Shown: one piece after another, positions 38,706 to 50,257 of the stretch
How the letters are laid out: each line of letters opens with the position of its first letter
How positions within the stretch are numbered: position 1 is the first letter of the stretch
Assembly (NCBI GenBank): GCA_964577785.1
Contig: CAZOAK010000001.1
Coordinates: forward strand, 22,398-86,397
Direction: 5' to 3'
DNA length: 64,000 bases
DNA from: an uncultured Candidatus Saccharibacteria bacterium
GTDB taxonomy: Bacteria; Patescibacteriota; Minisyncoccia; Phycocordibacterales; CAIRYW01
Translations under genes and position numbers: made by a program
The notes under the pieces: model-generated
Told to the model about the DNA's origin: nothing
Seen by the model: only the letters and a program-made list of their open reading frames with translations
Databases searched by the model: none

Positions 38706-38762
38706 TTTGGGGTCTCCAGCCGGAGAGTATTCACTCTTAATTTTGAATAAGTTTCCCTTCAT
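38706..38762. repeat. Roughly 55-bp duplicate of the uvrB start region (start codon plus about 17 codons), located 60 bp upstream of the real uvrB start
   Basis: About 80% identical to 38592-38648. It carries its own ATG and would encode MKGNLFKIKSEYSPAGDPKV..., compared with the authentic MQSNLFKIRSEYLPAGDQPK. Confidence 0.75.
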
Positions 38763-38856
38763 AGAAGATGATATTACAATAAAAACAGCGTCTTGCCCAT
38801 GGCCACGAAACACGCAAAGGTGTACGGGCAAGCAAGACGCTTCATAAAGAACAATT

Positions 38857-39048
38857 TTACCGCATTTCACTCTTGAATCTGCGCCTCCTCCTGGTTTCAT
38901 TTTTATCTGCAGAAATCCACAGACACATACCAAACTGGAGTTTAATTTCTCCAAACGGTACGTCAGGAAATTCCTTTCTGACTTTTGCTAGCATTTCTGC
39001 CAGAGTTTTAACTCCGTCGACTGGGAAAATACCTATTTCTTTTTTCAT
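38857..39048 (-). CDS. Small hypothetical protein (63 aa)
   Basis: ORF followed by a strong GC-rich hairpin plus T-run (38797-38851, minus strand). Confidence 0.3.
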   Translation of the reverse strand: MKKEIGIFPVDGVKTLAEMLAKVRKEFPDVPFGEIKLQFGMCLWISADKNETRRRRRFKSEMR

Positions 39049-39370
39049 AATGATTGTTGGTTAGAGTACAGAACCTTCCGTACTCGTATTTACAATCATT
39101 AGAAACAATTACAAATAGAAACACAGAAAGATTTGTGGCTTTTGGTTTTCTTTGTAGTTTTTAAAAATAAATTCATAATTTGTATCATAATCGTTGGTTG
39201 TAGGTTTTATAAAAAGTTGGCGGATTTTTAGGTCCGCCAAGTTATCAAAAGAACATTGTTCACCTACCCGTTGTAGTTCCAGATTTCTTCGTCACTAAAC
39301 AGGATTTTGATTGGTGGTTTAGGATCTGATTTTGCAAGAGTTTGAGCAGTCATTTTATTGGATTTCTGGG

Positions 39371-39643
39371 TCAAAAGAACACATAAACATAATTGTGGGC
39401 ATCCTCACGACAAAACTCACATTCAGTCGTGTGATCATCACAATTCCTTAATTTAATTTCGTTCACAAGCCACCTGAGTGGAATTGGGCTCGGAGAACGA
39501 ACAGTCAGTCCAGAACCATGCTCAAATATTTCAACTGGGAATTCATCACAGTTTCCTGTTAAAATTCCTCGGCCGACAATTTGAACTAGAGCACTTAGAC
39601 TATTCAATCCTGTTTTCAGTTTGGTTAATGGTATTCGTGCCAT
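39371..39643 (-). CDS. Hypothetical Cys-containing small protein
   Basis: ORF with a terminator hairpin (ttggcgga...tccgccaa, 39219-39246) downstream on the minus strand. Confidence 0.35.
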   Translation of the reverse strand: MARIPLTKLKTGLNSLSALVQIVGRGILTGNCDEFPVEIFEHGSGLTVRSPSPIPLRWLVNEIKLRNCDDHTTECEFCREDAHNYVYVFF

Positions 39644-39937
39644 AACAAAAGAGCTCCCTTCGCTTTATGCTTGAGAGCTCGTTTTTGGTGTAAATAGTTT
39701 AGATTAACAACAAAGACCAACTCTCAAACTGTTTTGAGAATCTTTGGCTAGAATGACCTTTGTTGTTTTGAAATTCATAGATGTAATTATATATCACCCT
39801 ATTTAAAATGCAAATAACAAACAAAAGGTTGTTAGATAGTAAGTTTGTGAGTTGGTTAGAAAAATCACGGCACCATAGGTGCCGTGATTTTGCGTCTTCT
39901 TTACAACCTCACCATCTTACCAACTAACCAGCTTCTT

Positions 39938-42466
39938 TTAATTTACCTCCACCGCACTCCAGTTCACTCTACATGCAGTTTCTATTGAAGAGACATCTCC
40001 ACTATCTATCTGAGTACATGTCATTTTTGGTACAGTATCTTTGATAATATTGTCTATTGAATGGGATACTGGTGCCGTAGTTGATCCTGGTGAGAAGCTA
40101 ACAGTTTCTGTTGCTGTACTGAATACACATCTTGTAAAGTAGTCATATGTTTTGAAAACATCAGTACTCCAATCAATAACACAACTGTATCCCTTATTTC
40201 CTAATTCAGGATCAGCTTCTAATGATTTGAATGATACAGATCCAACCTCATCAGCGGCAATATTTGGATTTAGTTCAAAGTATTCTGCAGCTGTGCCAGA
40301 GTTGCATGCATCAGCATTAGATAAACATTGCTGAACTAACTCACAGTAATATGTACCAGATGGACATCCTCCACCTCCTCCACCTCCACCACCATTACAT
40401 CCAACACATGGAACATCAGGATTGTCTTCATTCAAAGAATCAGTCGTTAGACTACAGTTTGCATTTGATCCGCCATATGTGCCAAGACATGACCATGCGT
40501 AAGTAGTCCCAGATAGAACACCTCCCGACATTGACCCTACTGAACAGTAGGACGAATATGCTGGCCATGATGTTATTTTATTTAATCCATTGACACCTCC
40601 ACAAACTCCAGGTACTGGAGGTGGTACACTACAAACACCATAACTATTTGGGACCCTGCCTGTTGCACAATGCACATAATACGGTACATAACCACTAATA
40701 ATGTAGCACCCATCAGTAATATAAAAACTTATTTTCTGCGCACCCGCTTTATCACCTACAGAAACTGATCTGGTGGTAAAGGTATCTGAATCCTGATAGG
40801 TAGTATGTCCTCCTGAAACTTCTGTGTAATGGAACTGTCTGTCTCCGGTAGAGCCATCACCACTGTTATAGAAATTTAGAATTAAATGATTTGTACTATT
40901 GGTACATGCCTCAAAAGTAACATTTCCTGAAAGTGCAATCGTAGACCCTTCTACATAATGAGAGTTGTCATAGGGTGTATAAATAGTTATACCAGGTGGT
41001 GAATACATTTCTATTGTGCATCCATAATATGTATTTGTGTATATCCATCCGTTCGCAGTTATTGGTAATGCAACCGCTGATGCAAAAATAATAAGTGATA
41101 GTGTGGAAATGTTTATTTTTCTCCTTCTAAATAAAACAATCCCAATTATAATAATCAAAGTAATAACGATTATAATGGTAACACTTCTCACAGTCTTGGC
41201 AGACTTTTCCTCGTTAGAAACTTTGTCATAATCATTAGACAATTTTGACTCTTGTCTCATAAGCAAAACCCCATCTTTATTATAAACAGATACAACAGCC
41301 TTCATAACTTTAGCATCCTTTAGGGCACTTAGCGTTATTGGACCTTTTTTATCTTGAGACAGGTCAAATGTATCGGAATAACTAGCAACTAAATCATCCA
41401 ATTCATTTAAGACCACTATATTTATTTTACCGATCCCGGGTTTCTCGGGCTTGGCAACAGATGCACCATTCTTTTTGAGCATCTGATTCACAATTTCAAT
41501 ATCAAAAGGTCTGCCAGATACTAAGAAATTAAGAATAAATTCATCACCAAATTTTACCTGAGATTTATTAGATGATAAGTCGTGCAATGCGGCAATGTCC
41601 CCAGCAACGATATATCTAACACCAATTCTGGTTGCAAGCTGATTACCTTTTTCATCATTTAATAATATCTCAGCAAAATAGACCGCTGGTGTATACTCAA
41701 ATACTGGTAAATCTATCGAAACCTTTTTTAATTCACCAGCCTTTAGGATAATCGGATTCTGCTTGATATCTAACTTCTCACTTTTGTCATGCTGATTGTA
41801 TACATTAATTAGAGGATTGATTGATAATTGATTCAAAGAGTTATTTTCTAGATTAACTGAAAGGTGTGCGGTTTTAGGATCCTTATCTTTATAAATTGTT
41901 GGACCCTCAGTTAAATCATATTCTTTATTATTATCTAGAATTAATTTTGCATTGGTTACCGAAAGCCTGTTTGAATTATTTGCGACAGTAATATAATGAC
42001 TACTACCCTGATTCATGATCACTGAATTAATGGAATACAAATTAATATGTACAGCTAACTTGGAGCCTTTTATGAATTGAGGCACTTTGTACTTAAAAAT
42101 AATTTTTTTTGTTTCACCTCCACTAACGTCACCAACAGAACTTAATGAAGTAGCATCAAGAAAGGTGTTTGTTATCTTCAGATCCTTATTAATTTCTTCA
42201 TAGTCACTTCCAATTAGAACTCTGTATGATAAATTCTTTAGAACAGAATCTCCATGGTTCGTCACGGTAAAACTACCGTTTACTTCATCGCCGGCCTTGT
42301 ACTCCGTGTCATTTATTAAAACATTATCAACCGAAGCACTCGACATTTGAATATTTACACCACTCACACTATTTTGTGGAATGGTATTAGCAGGATTTAC
42401 TTCAACACCAAAAGCTGTGGTTGAAACAAACAATATTGATAAAACTGAAAAAAAAATCTTTTTCAT
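39938..42466 (-). CDS. Large cell-surface protein, paralog 1. Domain order is signal peptide, N-ectodomain, TM plus an internal signal-like segment, poly-Gly, Cys-rich C-domain
   Basis: Signal peptide 'MKKIFFSVLSILFVSTTAFG', 'TIYKDKDPKTA', mid-protein 'IIIVITLIIIIGIVLFRRRKINISTLSLIIFASAVALPITANG', 'CNGGGGGGGGGCPSG', and the C-terminus 'CRVNWSAVEVN'. Confidence 0.6.
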   Translation of the reverse strand: MKKIFFSVLSILFVSTTAFGVEVNPANTIPQNSVSGVNIQMSSASVDNVLINDTEYKAGDEVNGSFTVTNHGDSVLKNLSYRVLIGSDYEEINKDLKITNTFLDATSLSSVGDVSGGETKKIIFKYKVPQFIKGSKLAVHINLYSINSVIMNQGSSHYITVANNSNRLSVTNAKLILDNNKEYDLTEGPTIYKDKDPKTAHLSVNLENNSLNQLSINPLINVYNQHDKSEKLDIKQNPIILKAGELKKVSIDLPVFEYTPAVYFAEILLNDEKGNQLATRIGVRYIVAGDIAALHDLSSNKSQVKFGDEFILNFLVSGRPFDIEIVNQMLKKNGASVAKPEKPGIGKINIVVLNELDDLVASYSDTFDLSQDKKGPITLSALKDAKVMKAVVSVYNKDGVLLMRQESKLSNDYDKVSNEEKSAKTVRSVTIIIVITLIIIIGIVLFRRRKINISTLSLIIFASAVALPITANGWIYTNTYYGCTIEMYSPPGITIYTPYDNSHYVEGSTIALSGNVTFEACTNSTNHLILNFYNSGDGSTGDRQFHYTEVSGGHTTYQDSDTFTTRSVSVGDKAGAQKISFYITDGCYIISGYVPYYVHCATGRVPNSYGVCSVPPPVPGVCGGVNGLNKITSWPAYSSYCSVGSMSGGVLSGTTYAWSCLGTYGGSNANCSLTTDSLNEDNPDVPCVGCNGGGGGGGGGCPSGTYYCELVQQCLSNADACNSGTAAEYFELNPNIAADEVGSVSFKSLEADPELGNKGYSCVIDWSTDVFKTYDYFTRCVFSTATETVSFSPGSTTAPVSHSIDNIIKDTVPKMTCTQIDSGDVSSIETACRVNWSAVEVN

Positions 42467-42621
42467 GAATAAAATATTAATTAATAATTATTATAATTTA
42501 TGTTTACGTATAACATGTTAATTCTATCACCTATGCTATTTAAAATCATCAATTAATGTTAACAAATACACCGCGCCTAAAGGCGCGGTGTTGATTGTAT
42601 TCATAATTCTTATTCCTTACC

Positions 42622-45036
42622 TTAATTAACTTCTACAGCACTCCAGTTCACCCTGCAGATTGCCTCCTTGGAGGCAGTAGCAGTACCGTCTATTTGAACA
42701 CAGCTCATTTTAGTTAGTGTGTCTACTTGAACATCGTATATTGTTTGTGAAGTAGGGGCTGTAGTCGATGCTGGAGAAAAATTGATTGTATTCAAAGGGG
42801 TGGTGAATGTACATCTGGTGTAATTGTCATATGATTTGAATACATCGTCACTCCAATCAATGACGCAACTATAACCTTTATTACCTATTAAGGGTGATGG
42901 AACTAAAGTTTTTAAAGATACTGGACCCTCATTATCAAGTTTAATGTTTGGATTTGGAACGAAGTCTGCTGTACAAGTTTCTCCGCTTAGTAGACACACA
43001 CCGTCACAATATTTACCTGAAGCACAAGAACTGCTACCACCACCAGTAATTCCACCCCCTGTATTATCCCCATTAGTTTTGGAAGCAAGACATGAAGATA
43101 TATTATTTGCACCACTTACATTTGTTCCAGTACATGACCATGACCATTTACCATTTTGTGTTGTAACAGAGGATGCTGTCCCTGAAGAGCACAGGTTTGT
43201 TGATGGTTGTGCCGATGTTCCAACACCATTAGCAGATCCGCAAATTCCATCGTATGTCAAAACTGGGGGGACAGGAGGCTCTGGGACGACAATGTGGACC
43301 CATTTATTATCCACTACTTGACCGCCATACACTGTATCTGTATTTATACCCTGATATAGGAGCCAGTATGAGCCAGGGGTTGTAGGTGCATAAAATGGTC
43401 CAGCAACAAAAGTTGTGTTGTGGGGATAGAAACCATGATCCTTTAAGTTAAGTCCGCCGGCAGTATCTATAACACCAAGACGATGGACCTCTCCCCAACT
43501 GCTTGATACATTTACTCTAATATTAGATGCTGCATTGGTGCATGCTGTGTACCACACACTTCCAGTAGTATAAAATGCCTGTCCTGGATTCAAAACCTGC
43601 CAATCATACGGTGAGGCAGGACTAAGTGTGATAGCAAGACTATCTGCCGCACGAGCATTGGTTGGTGTGAATAAGGTCATAGCAGATATAAGTATAAATA
43701 ATCCCATCATACCCGCATTAGAAGCTCTATTTTTTTTCATCATAAAAAAGATAATCACTCCAATAATTAGCAGCAATGTTGCAAAGAGTAACTTGTTGAG
43801 TGGTCTCGTATGGTTTTTTTCAAATTCAGCAGCTTTAATATCATAATCAGCACTAAGATTTTTCTTGTAATCTAATATTAGTTCTCCTAAATCGTTGTGC
43901 ACTGTAACAGATACTCTTAGAGCTTGAGCTGAAGCAGATGATTTAATGTATTTCTTTAAAACCGTATTACCTGAAATAAGAAACGTATCTTTTACAGAAG
44001 CCACAAGTTGATTCTTTTCATTATAAATATTTACAGTTACGGTACCTTTTTCTTCAGAATCAGTAGAAGAAGGTTTACCACTTCTTATTTCTGACATATC
44101 AGGAGCTGTGCCAGTAAGGAGTGCGTCGAGCGCAAATAGTTCATTATTATTCAAAATTTCTTTGTCAACAGAAATACTTTGAACTGTCGCAATATTGCCT
44201 CCGACTATGTACCGAGCTTCAACAAATGATTCGAGCTGACGACCGCTGGAATCTTTAAGTATTATATCTGTTAGGTAAATTCCCGGCTTATATAGGGCTG
44301 TAGGCAATGGAATAGCTACTTGCTTAGTCTCCTTTGCCTTTAAGTCAAAGGATGTTCCTTTGCTTTCTTGAATTTCAAGCATGTCACTTTGCTTATATAG
44401 ATTTATTTGTGGAATGATTGTTATAGAAGTGTCATTTGGGTTTGTGACTGAGAGAACTATAGAAGCACTCTTTGGATCTTTGTCTTTATATATCGTGGGA
44501 CCATCTCCAAGACCAAATGACTCTCCATTACTCAAAACAACCGCAGCACTATTAATCATGATACCCTCCCCACCCTTTTTTATATTAAAGTAATCACTAT
44601 CCCCCCATGTTATAAGCTGTCCTGATTGTGTGTAGATATCGATGTGTATTGCCAATTCATCACCCCCAACAAAAGCTGGTATAATATATTTGAATGGGAT
44701 ACTTACTGATTTATCTTTTGCTATAGAAATATCTCCTTGTCTGGGACTAAAATCAAGGATATTACTTGAAGATTTTATACCTGGAGCAATTTCTACATAA
44801 TCTGTACCGATCAACAGTTGGAACATAAGTCCAGTTACAGCAAACTGAGAGTGATTTTCTAAGACGAATGATCCGTTTACTGTCTCACCAGCGTTATAAG
44901 AGGTTTTGTCTGTGATGATACTGGCTACGTGTAAACTCGTCTGATTATCCTTGCTTATCGAAACCACTTCAGCATTTGTGAATATGGATAATGAAAAAAG
45001 TATAAACAATAAAATTGGGGTAATGTATTTTTTCAT
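42622..45036 (-). CDS. Large cell-surface protein, paralog 2, with the same architecture
   Basis: Signal peptide, 'TIYKDKDPKSA', mid-protein 'LLLIIGVIIFFMMKKNRASNAGMMGLFILISAMTLFTPTNARAAD', a Gly/Cys-rich segment, and the C-terminus 'CRVNWSAVEVN'. Confidence 0.6.
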   Translation of the reverse strand: MKKYITPILLFILFSLSIFTNAEVVSISKDNQTSLHVASIITDKTSYNAGETVNGSFVLENHSQFAVTGLMFQLLIGTDYVEIAPGIKSSSNILDFSPRQGDISIAKDKSVSIPFKYIIPAFVGGDELAIHIDIYTQSGQLITWGDSDYFNIKKGGEGIMINSAAVVLSNGESFGLGDGPTIYKDKDPKSASIVLSVTNPNDTSITIIPQINLYKQSDMLEIQESKGTSFDLKAKETKQVAIPLPTALYKPGIYLTDIILKDSSGRQLESFVEARYIVGGNIATVQSISVDKEILNNNELFALDALLTGTAPDMSEIRSGKPSSTDSEEKGTVTVNIYNEKNQLVASVKDTFLISGNTVLKKYIKSSASAQALRVSVTVHNDLGELILDYKKNLSADYDIKAAEFEKNHTRPLNKLLFATLLLIIGVIIFFMMKKNRASNAGMMGLFILISAMTLFTPTNARAADSLAITLSPASPYDWQVLNPGQAFYTTGSVWYTACTNAASNIRVNVSSSWGEVHRLGVIDTAGGLNLKDHGFYPHNTTFVAGPFYAPTTPGSYWLLYQGINTDTVYGGQVVDNKWVHIVVPEPPVPPVLTYDGICGSANGVGTSAQPSTNLCSSGTASSVTTQNGKWSWSCTGTNVSGANNISSCLASKTNGDNTGGGITGGGSSSCASGKYCDGVCLLSGETCTADFVPNPNIKLDNEGPVSLKTLVPSPLIGNKGYSCVIDWSDDVFKSYDNYTRCTFTTPLNTINFSPASTTAPTSQTIYDVQVDTLTKMSCVQIDGTATASKEAICRVNWSAVEVN

Positions 45037-45140
45037 TAAAATTAAATATTATTATAAAATAAAAGTGCAGTATAATTGTAGCACTAATACAAATTTAGAA
45101 AGGAATGTATGTGTGTGGATAAACACTAACTAATCAATAT

Positions 45141-46349
<1,209 letters not shown>

Positions 46350-46811
46350 TTATCCATGTAGGTGTATTTCTACAGCTTCAATCTCAAATATTAAAACACT
46401 ATTCGCAGGAATAAGATTTGGTATTGCCCTATCACCATACGCCATAGCAGGAGGTATAGTTAATTTTCTCTTTTCTCCTATTTTAATACCCTGCAATCCC
46501 TGTTCCCAACCCTTAATTACCCTACCTTCACCAATGGTTACGGGAAATGGCGCACCTCTCTTGTATGAATTATCAAATTCAAAACCATTCTCCAGTGTCC
46601 CAATATAGTTAACGACGACTTCATCACCAACTCTAGCCGAGACACCAGATCCCTCACTCAAAATCTCTATTTTTACATCATTTAACATAATATCCTTTTT
46701 AAAATTTTTTAAAAAACCAAATAAATAAATAGCTAATCCAGTAACAATAATCACAACGATAAGAGATGCTATTTTACCCAATGTATTGTGAATTTTATCC
46801 CCTTCTATCAT
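46350..46811 (-). CDS. FKBP-type peptidyl-prolyl isomerase, membrane-anchored
   Basis: 'VVVNYIGTLENGFEFDNSYKRGAPFPVTIGEGRVIKGWEQGL'. Confidence 0.85.
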   Translation of the reverse strand: MIEGDKIHNTLGKIASLIVVIIVTGLAIYLFGFLKNFKKDIMLNDVKIEILSEGSGVSARVGDEVVVNYIGTLENGFEFDNSYKRGAPFPVTIGEGRVIKGWEQGLQGIKIGEKRKLTIPPAMAYGDRAIPNLIPANSVLIFEIEAVEIHLHG

Positions 46812-46868
46812 GATAATTAATATAGCAGATTTTTGTTAATTTAAACAGGTTTACTGTATAATTGCCAG

Positions 46869-48221
46869 ATGCATGAAAATAACCTAACAAATGGCTCAAT
46901 ATCAAAACAAATTTTAATGATAACTATTCCTGCTTCCATTGGATTTTTCTTCAACACAATGTTCAATGTTGTGGATACTTATTTTGGCGGGAAGCTAGGT
47001 GACTCAGCCCTTGCAGGATTATCCGCCGCCTTTCCTGCGTTTTTTATTATTTTGGCTATTTCTACTGGTATTTCTAGTGCCACGACAGCCCTTGTTGCCA
47101 ATTATATGGGAAAAAAAGATGAGAAAAGGGCTAAAGAATATTATGTTCAAGGAATATTTCTCGGAGTAATTTTTGGGATTGCCCTCACTATAATTGGGCT
47201 TGCTTTTGGCAGACCACTTTTATCACTACTCAATCTCCCAGACCCTGTTATGAGTTATGCTCTTGATTACCTAAATATAATTTTCTTAGGTACTACTTTT
47301 TTTGTATTAGCTAGCGTTCTGAATTCATATTTAAATGCACAAGGTAAAACTAAAATATTTAGAAACCTACTCGTAACGGCTTTTTTCTTGAACGTTATAT
47401 TCGATCCATGGTTTATGTATGGAGGATTTGGTGTACCAAAAATGGGAATCCAAGGAATAGCGTTTGCAACTGTTTTAGTGCAAGCCATAGAATGTCTGTA
47501 CCTAGCATATTATCTAAAGAAAAGAGAAATATTAAGTGGTAAATGGAAAAACTTTACTCTTAAATTAGACATTTCAAAACAAATACTTATTCAGGCTTTG
47601 CCATCAAGTTTGAACATGATGAACATTGCTATTGGAAGTTTTATTATAAATTATTTTATATCTGTATATGGTGCTGATGCTATTGCAGGATATGGTGTCG
47701 CAGTCCGCATTGAACAAATTGCACTGATACCAACAATTGGATTAAATATTGCCGCACTTTCGCTTGCTGGACAGAATAATGGTGCACATAAATTTGATAG
47801 AGTAAGAGAGACTGTAAAAATATCGATCAAATATGGATTATGTGCAATGATATTTTCTATTCTTGTGACTGTAGTATTCGGTAAAATCCTGATAGGACTT
47901 TTCACTACAAGTAACAACATTTCCAGCATTGGAATGAATTATTTGTACGTTGCAATACTCATATTTATGGCTTATGTGATTTCTTTTGTTTCTAGCTCTA
48001 CACTCCAAGGTATTAAATATCCCAACCGCGCACTAATAGCTGGCGTCCTGCGCCAAATCATCCTGCCTATTATTATTTTTCCAATTGTTGTTTACAAATT
48101 AAATTTAGGAATTGAATCGATCTGGTGGTCACTGCTCATTATAAACTGGATAGGAGCAATTCTATCGCTTATAATTGCGAACAAGAGTATTAATCAAAGA
48201 GAAAAAGAAGTCATAATATAA
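46869..48221 (+). CDS. MATE-family efflux transporter
   Basis: 12 TM helices and a MATE-like N-terminus 'ILMITIPASIGFFFNTMFNVVDTYFGGKLG'. Confidence 0.85.
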   Translation: MHENNLTNGSISKQILMITIPASIGFFFNTMFNVVDTYFGGKLGDSALAGLSAAFPAFFIILAISTGISSATTALVANYMGKKDEKRAKEYYVQGIFLGVIFGIALTIIGLAFGRPLLSLLNLPDPVMSYALDYLNIIFLGTTFFVLASVLNSYLNAQGKTKIFRNLLVTAFFLNVIFDPWFMYGGFGVPKMGIQGIAFATVLVQAIECLYLAYYLKKREILSGKWKNFTLKLDISKQILIQALPSSLNMMNIAIGSFIINYFISVYGADAIAGYGVAVRIEQIALIPTIGLNIAALSLAGQNNGAHKFDRVRETVKISIKYGLCAMIFSILVTVVFGKILIGLFTTSNNISSIGMNYLYVAILIFMAYVISFVSSSTLQGIKYPNRALIAGVLRQIILPIIIFPIVVYKLNLGIESIWWSLLIINWIGAILSLIIANKSINQREKEVII

Positions 48222-48247
48222 ATTAAATACTTATAACAAACCAATAT

Positions 48248-48856
48248 ATGAAAAAACAAAAACAGATATTAATTATAAATGGCGGTATGACCTTTAAAAG
48301 CAAAAAGGATTATTTAGATTTTCTAAGAAAAAGAGAAGTATCTATGGGTAAAAGATCCAAATGGAGTGATGATTATTTAGATAAAAAACTCGGCAAGAAT
48401 TTTGAGATCACTCGCCCTCGCATGCCACTTCAGGATGATGCTAAATATGAAGAATGGAAAATTCATTTTGAGAGATATATACCTCATCTTCGAAACGGCA
48501 CAATCCTTATTGGCACTTCTTTGGGTGGAATATTCCTTGCACAATACCTGTCCGAAAATAAATTTCCAAAAAGGCTTGGCGGAGTATTCCTTGTATGTCC
48601 CCCATTTGATGGAACATTAAGTAGTGAAGATTTGGTGGGTGGATTCCGACTCCAAAGTGATTTATCACTTCTTGCAAAATCTTCAAAAAATCTTTATTTA
48701 TTGTTTTCAGCAGATGACGACGTGGTACCAGTGGAGCATGCAGAAAAATATAGAAAAAAACTTCCAAATGCAAAAATTCTAATTTATAAAAGCAAAAACG
48801 GACATTTCTTGGTTAAAGAATTTCCAGAGATTATTAAACTGATTCAGAAATTGTAA
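48248..48856 (+). CDS. Alpha/beta-hydrolase-fold protein (YdeN/RBBP9-like serine hydrolase)
   Basis: 'ILIGTSLGG' GxSxG nucleophile elbow. Confidence 0.6.
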   Translation: MKKQKQILIINGGMTFKSKKDYLDFLRKREVSMGKRSKWSDDYLDKKLGKNFEITRPRMPLQDDAKYEEWKIHFERYIPHLRNGTILIGTSLGGIFLAQYLSENKFPKRLGGVFLVCPPFDGTLSSEDLVGGFRLQSDLSLLAKSSKNLYLLFSADDDVVPVEHAEKYRKKLPNAKILIYKSKNGHFLVKEFPEIIKLIQKL

Positions 48857-48870
48857 GATTCTGATCGAAG

Positions 48871-48900
48871 CATTTACCCATTCGTACGAATGGGTAAATG
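48871..48900. repeat. Palindromic repeat element, family C (second copy)
   Basis: catttacccattcg-ta-cgaatgggtaaatg. One substitution compared with 672-701. Confidence 0.7.
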
Positions 48901-48946
48901 CCCTAGTTCATAAAAGGCCATCAGTAGATGATACCCGTGAGCGGTA

Positions 48947-50194
48947 CTAAGCTGAAACCTGAAAGCTTTCCCCCATTGCATCATTCACTTTTTTGATCGC
49001 AATCATATAACAGGCTGTCCTCATATCAACATTTTTATCCATCATCATTTTATAACAATCATCGAACGCTTTCTCGATATTAATTTTTAGCTTCTCCAAT
49101 ACACTGTCCTTGTCCCATTTTTCGCTGTGAATATTTTGATACCATTCAAAATATGACACCGTCACACCTCCACTGTTAGATAAAATATCTGGAACAAACA
49201 AAATACCTTTTTTATGTAAAATAATGTCTGCCTCTGGAGTTAATGGCCCATTAGCCATTTCAATAATAAATTTAGCCTTAATTTTACTTGCATTATCTGA
49301 CGTTATTACATTTTCCAAAGCTGCAGGCACCAAAACATCAACATCTAACTCCAGTAATTCACGATTTGTAATGTATGAAGCACCTTCAAAGCCCATAAGA
49401 CTACCATTTGTCTTTTTATACTCAATTACCTTTTTAATATCTAGGCCATTTGGGTTGTATAGTGCACCCTTAGAATCTGACAGCGTCACAACTTTGTAAC
49501 CATGATATTCCGCACTAATAGCAAAATATTCGGCAACATTACCCAACCCCTGTATTGCAATCTTTAAATCTTTTGGATTTAGTTGCTTCTCTTCCATTAA
49601 TTTATTCAATACGTGAACACCCCCATACCCTGTCGCCTCTGTACGACCTTCACTCCCACCGTTATTAAGAGTCTTGCCTGTAAATGTTGCTAATTCATTT
49701 TTACCAACTATTTTTGAATACTCATCAGTCATCCAATTCATTATTTCGCCTGTAGTATACATATCAGGTGCTGGAACATCTTTGTTGGGCCCAATGACGT
49801 CAGAGATTGCACGAACAAATGACCGAGAAAGATTTTCTAATTCAGTTTTTGACAAAGTTTTTGTATCAACAATTACACCCCCTTTACCACCACCAAACGG
49901 AATATCAGCAACCGCACACTTCCATGTCATCCAACTAGAAAGTGCCTTAACTTCTGATTCTGTAACCTCAGGACTAAATCTGAGTCCACCCTTATATGGT
50001 CCTCTGGCATTGTTATGCTGAGACCTAAATCCTACAAATGTTTTAATATCCCCATTATCCATTTTCACTGAAAAATTTACCCTAACAACTCTTTGTGGTT
50101 CTAATATTCTATTTAATTCATTCTCATTCAAACCAAGAATACCGCCAGCCTTTTTAATCTGTATAATTGAATTTTCAAATGGATCGTTTGTCAT
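48947..50194 (-). CDS. gdhA: Glutamate dehydrogenase
   Basis: 'KGGLRFSPEV...KCAVADIPFGGGKGG' and the Rossmann motif 'IQGLGNVA'. Confidence 0.9.
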   Translation of the reverse strand: MTNDPFENSIIQIKKAGGILGLNENELNRILEPQRVVRVNFSVKMDNGDIKTFVGFRSQHNNARGPYKGGLRFSPEVTESEVKALSSWMTWKCAVADIPFGGGKGGVIVDTKTLSKTELENLSRSFVRAISDVIGPNKDVPAPDMYTTGEIMNWMTDEYSKIVGKNELATFTGKTLNNGGSEGRTEATGYGGVHVLNKLMEEKQLNPKDLKIAIQGLGNVAEYFAISAEYHGYKVVTLSDSKGALYNPNGLDIKKVIEYKKTNGSLMGFEGASYITNRELLELDVDVLVPAALENVITSDNASKIKAKFIIEMANGPLTPEADIILHKKGILFVPDILSNSGGVTVSYFEWYQNIHSEKWDKDSVLEKLKINIEKAFDDCYKMMMDKNVDMRTACYMIAIKKVNDAMGESFQVSA

Positions 50195-50257
50195 TTTTTT
50201 AAAAAATATTTTTAATCAAATAATTATATCACTCAATCAGAAAAGTGATTAATCAAT

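Noticed and set aside
38658-38954. 98-aa ORF upstream of uvrB
   Set aside because: It is a chimeric frame that runs through the terminator of the upstream small gene into the duplicated uvrB start fragment. It is not a real gene.
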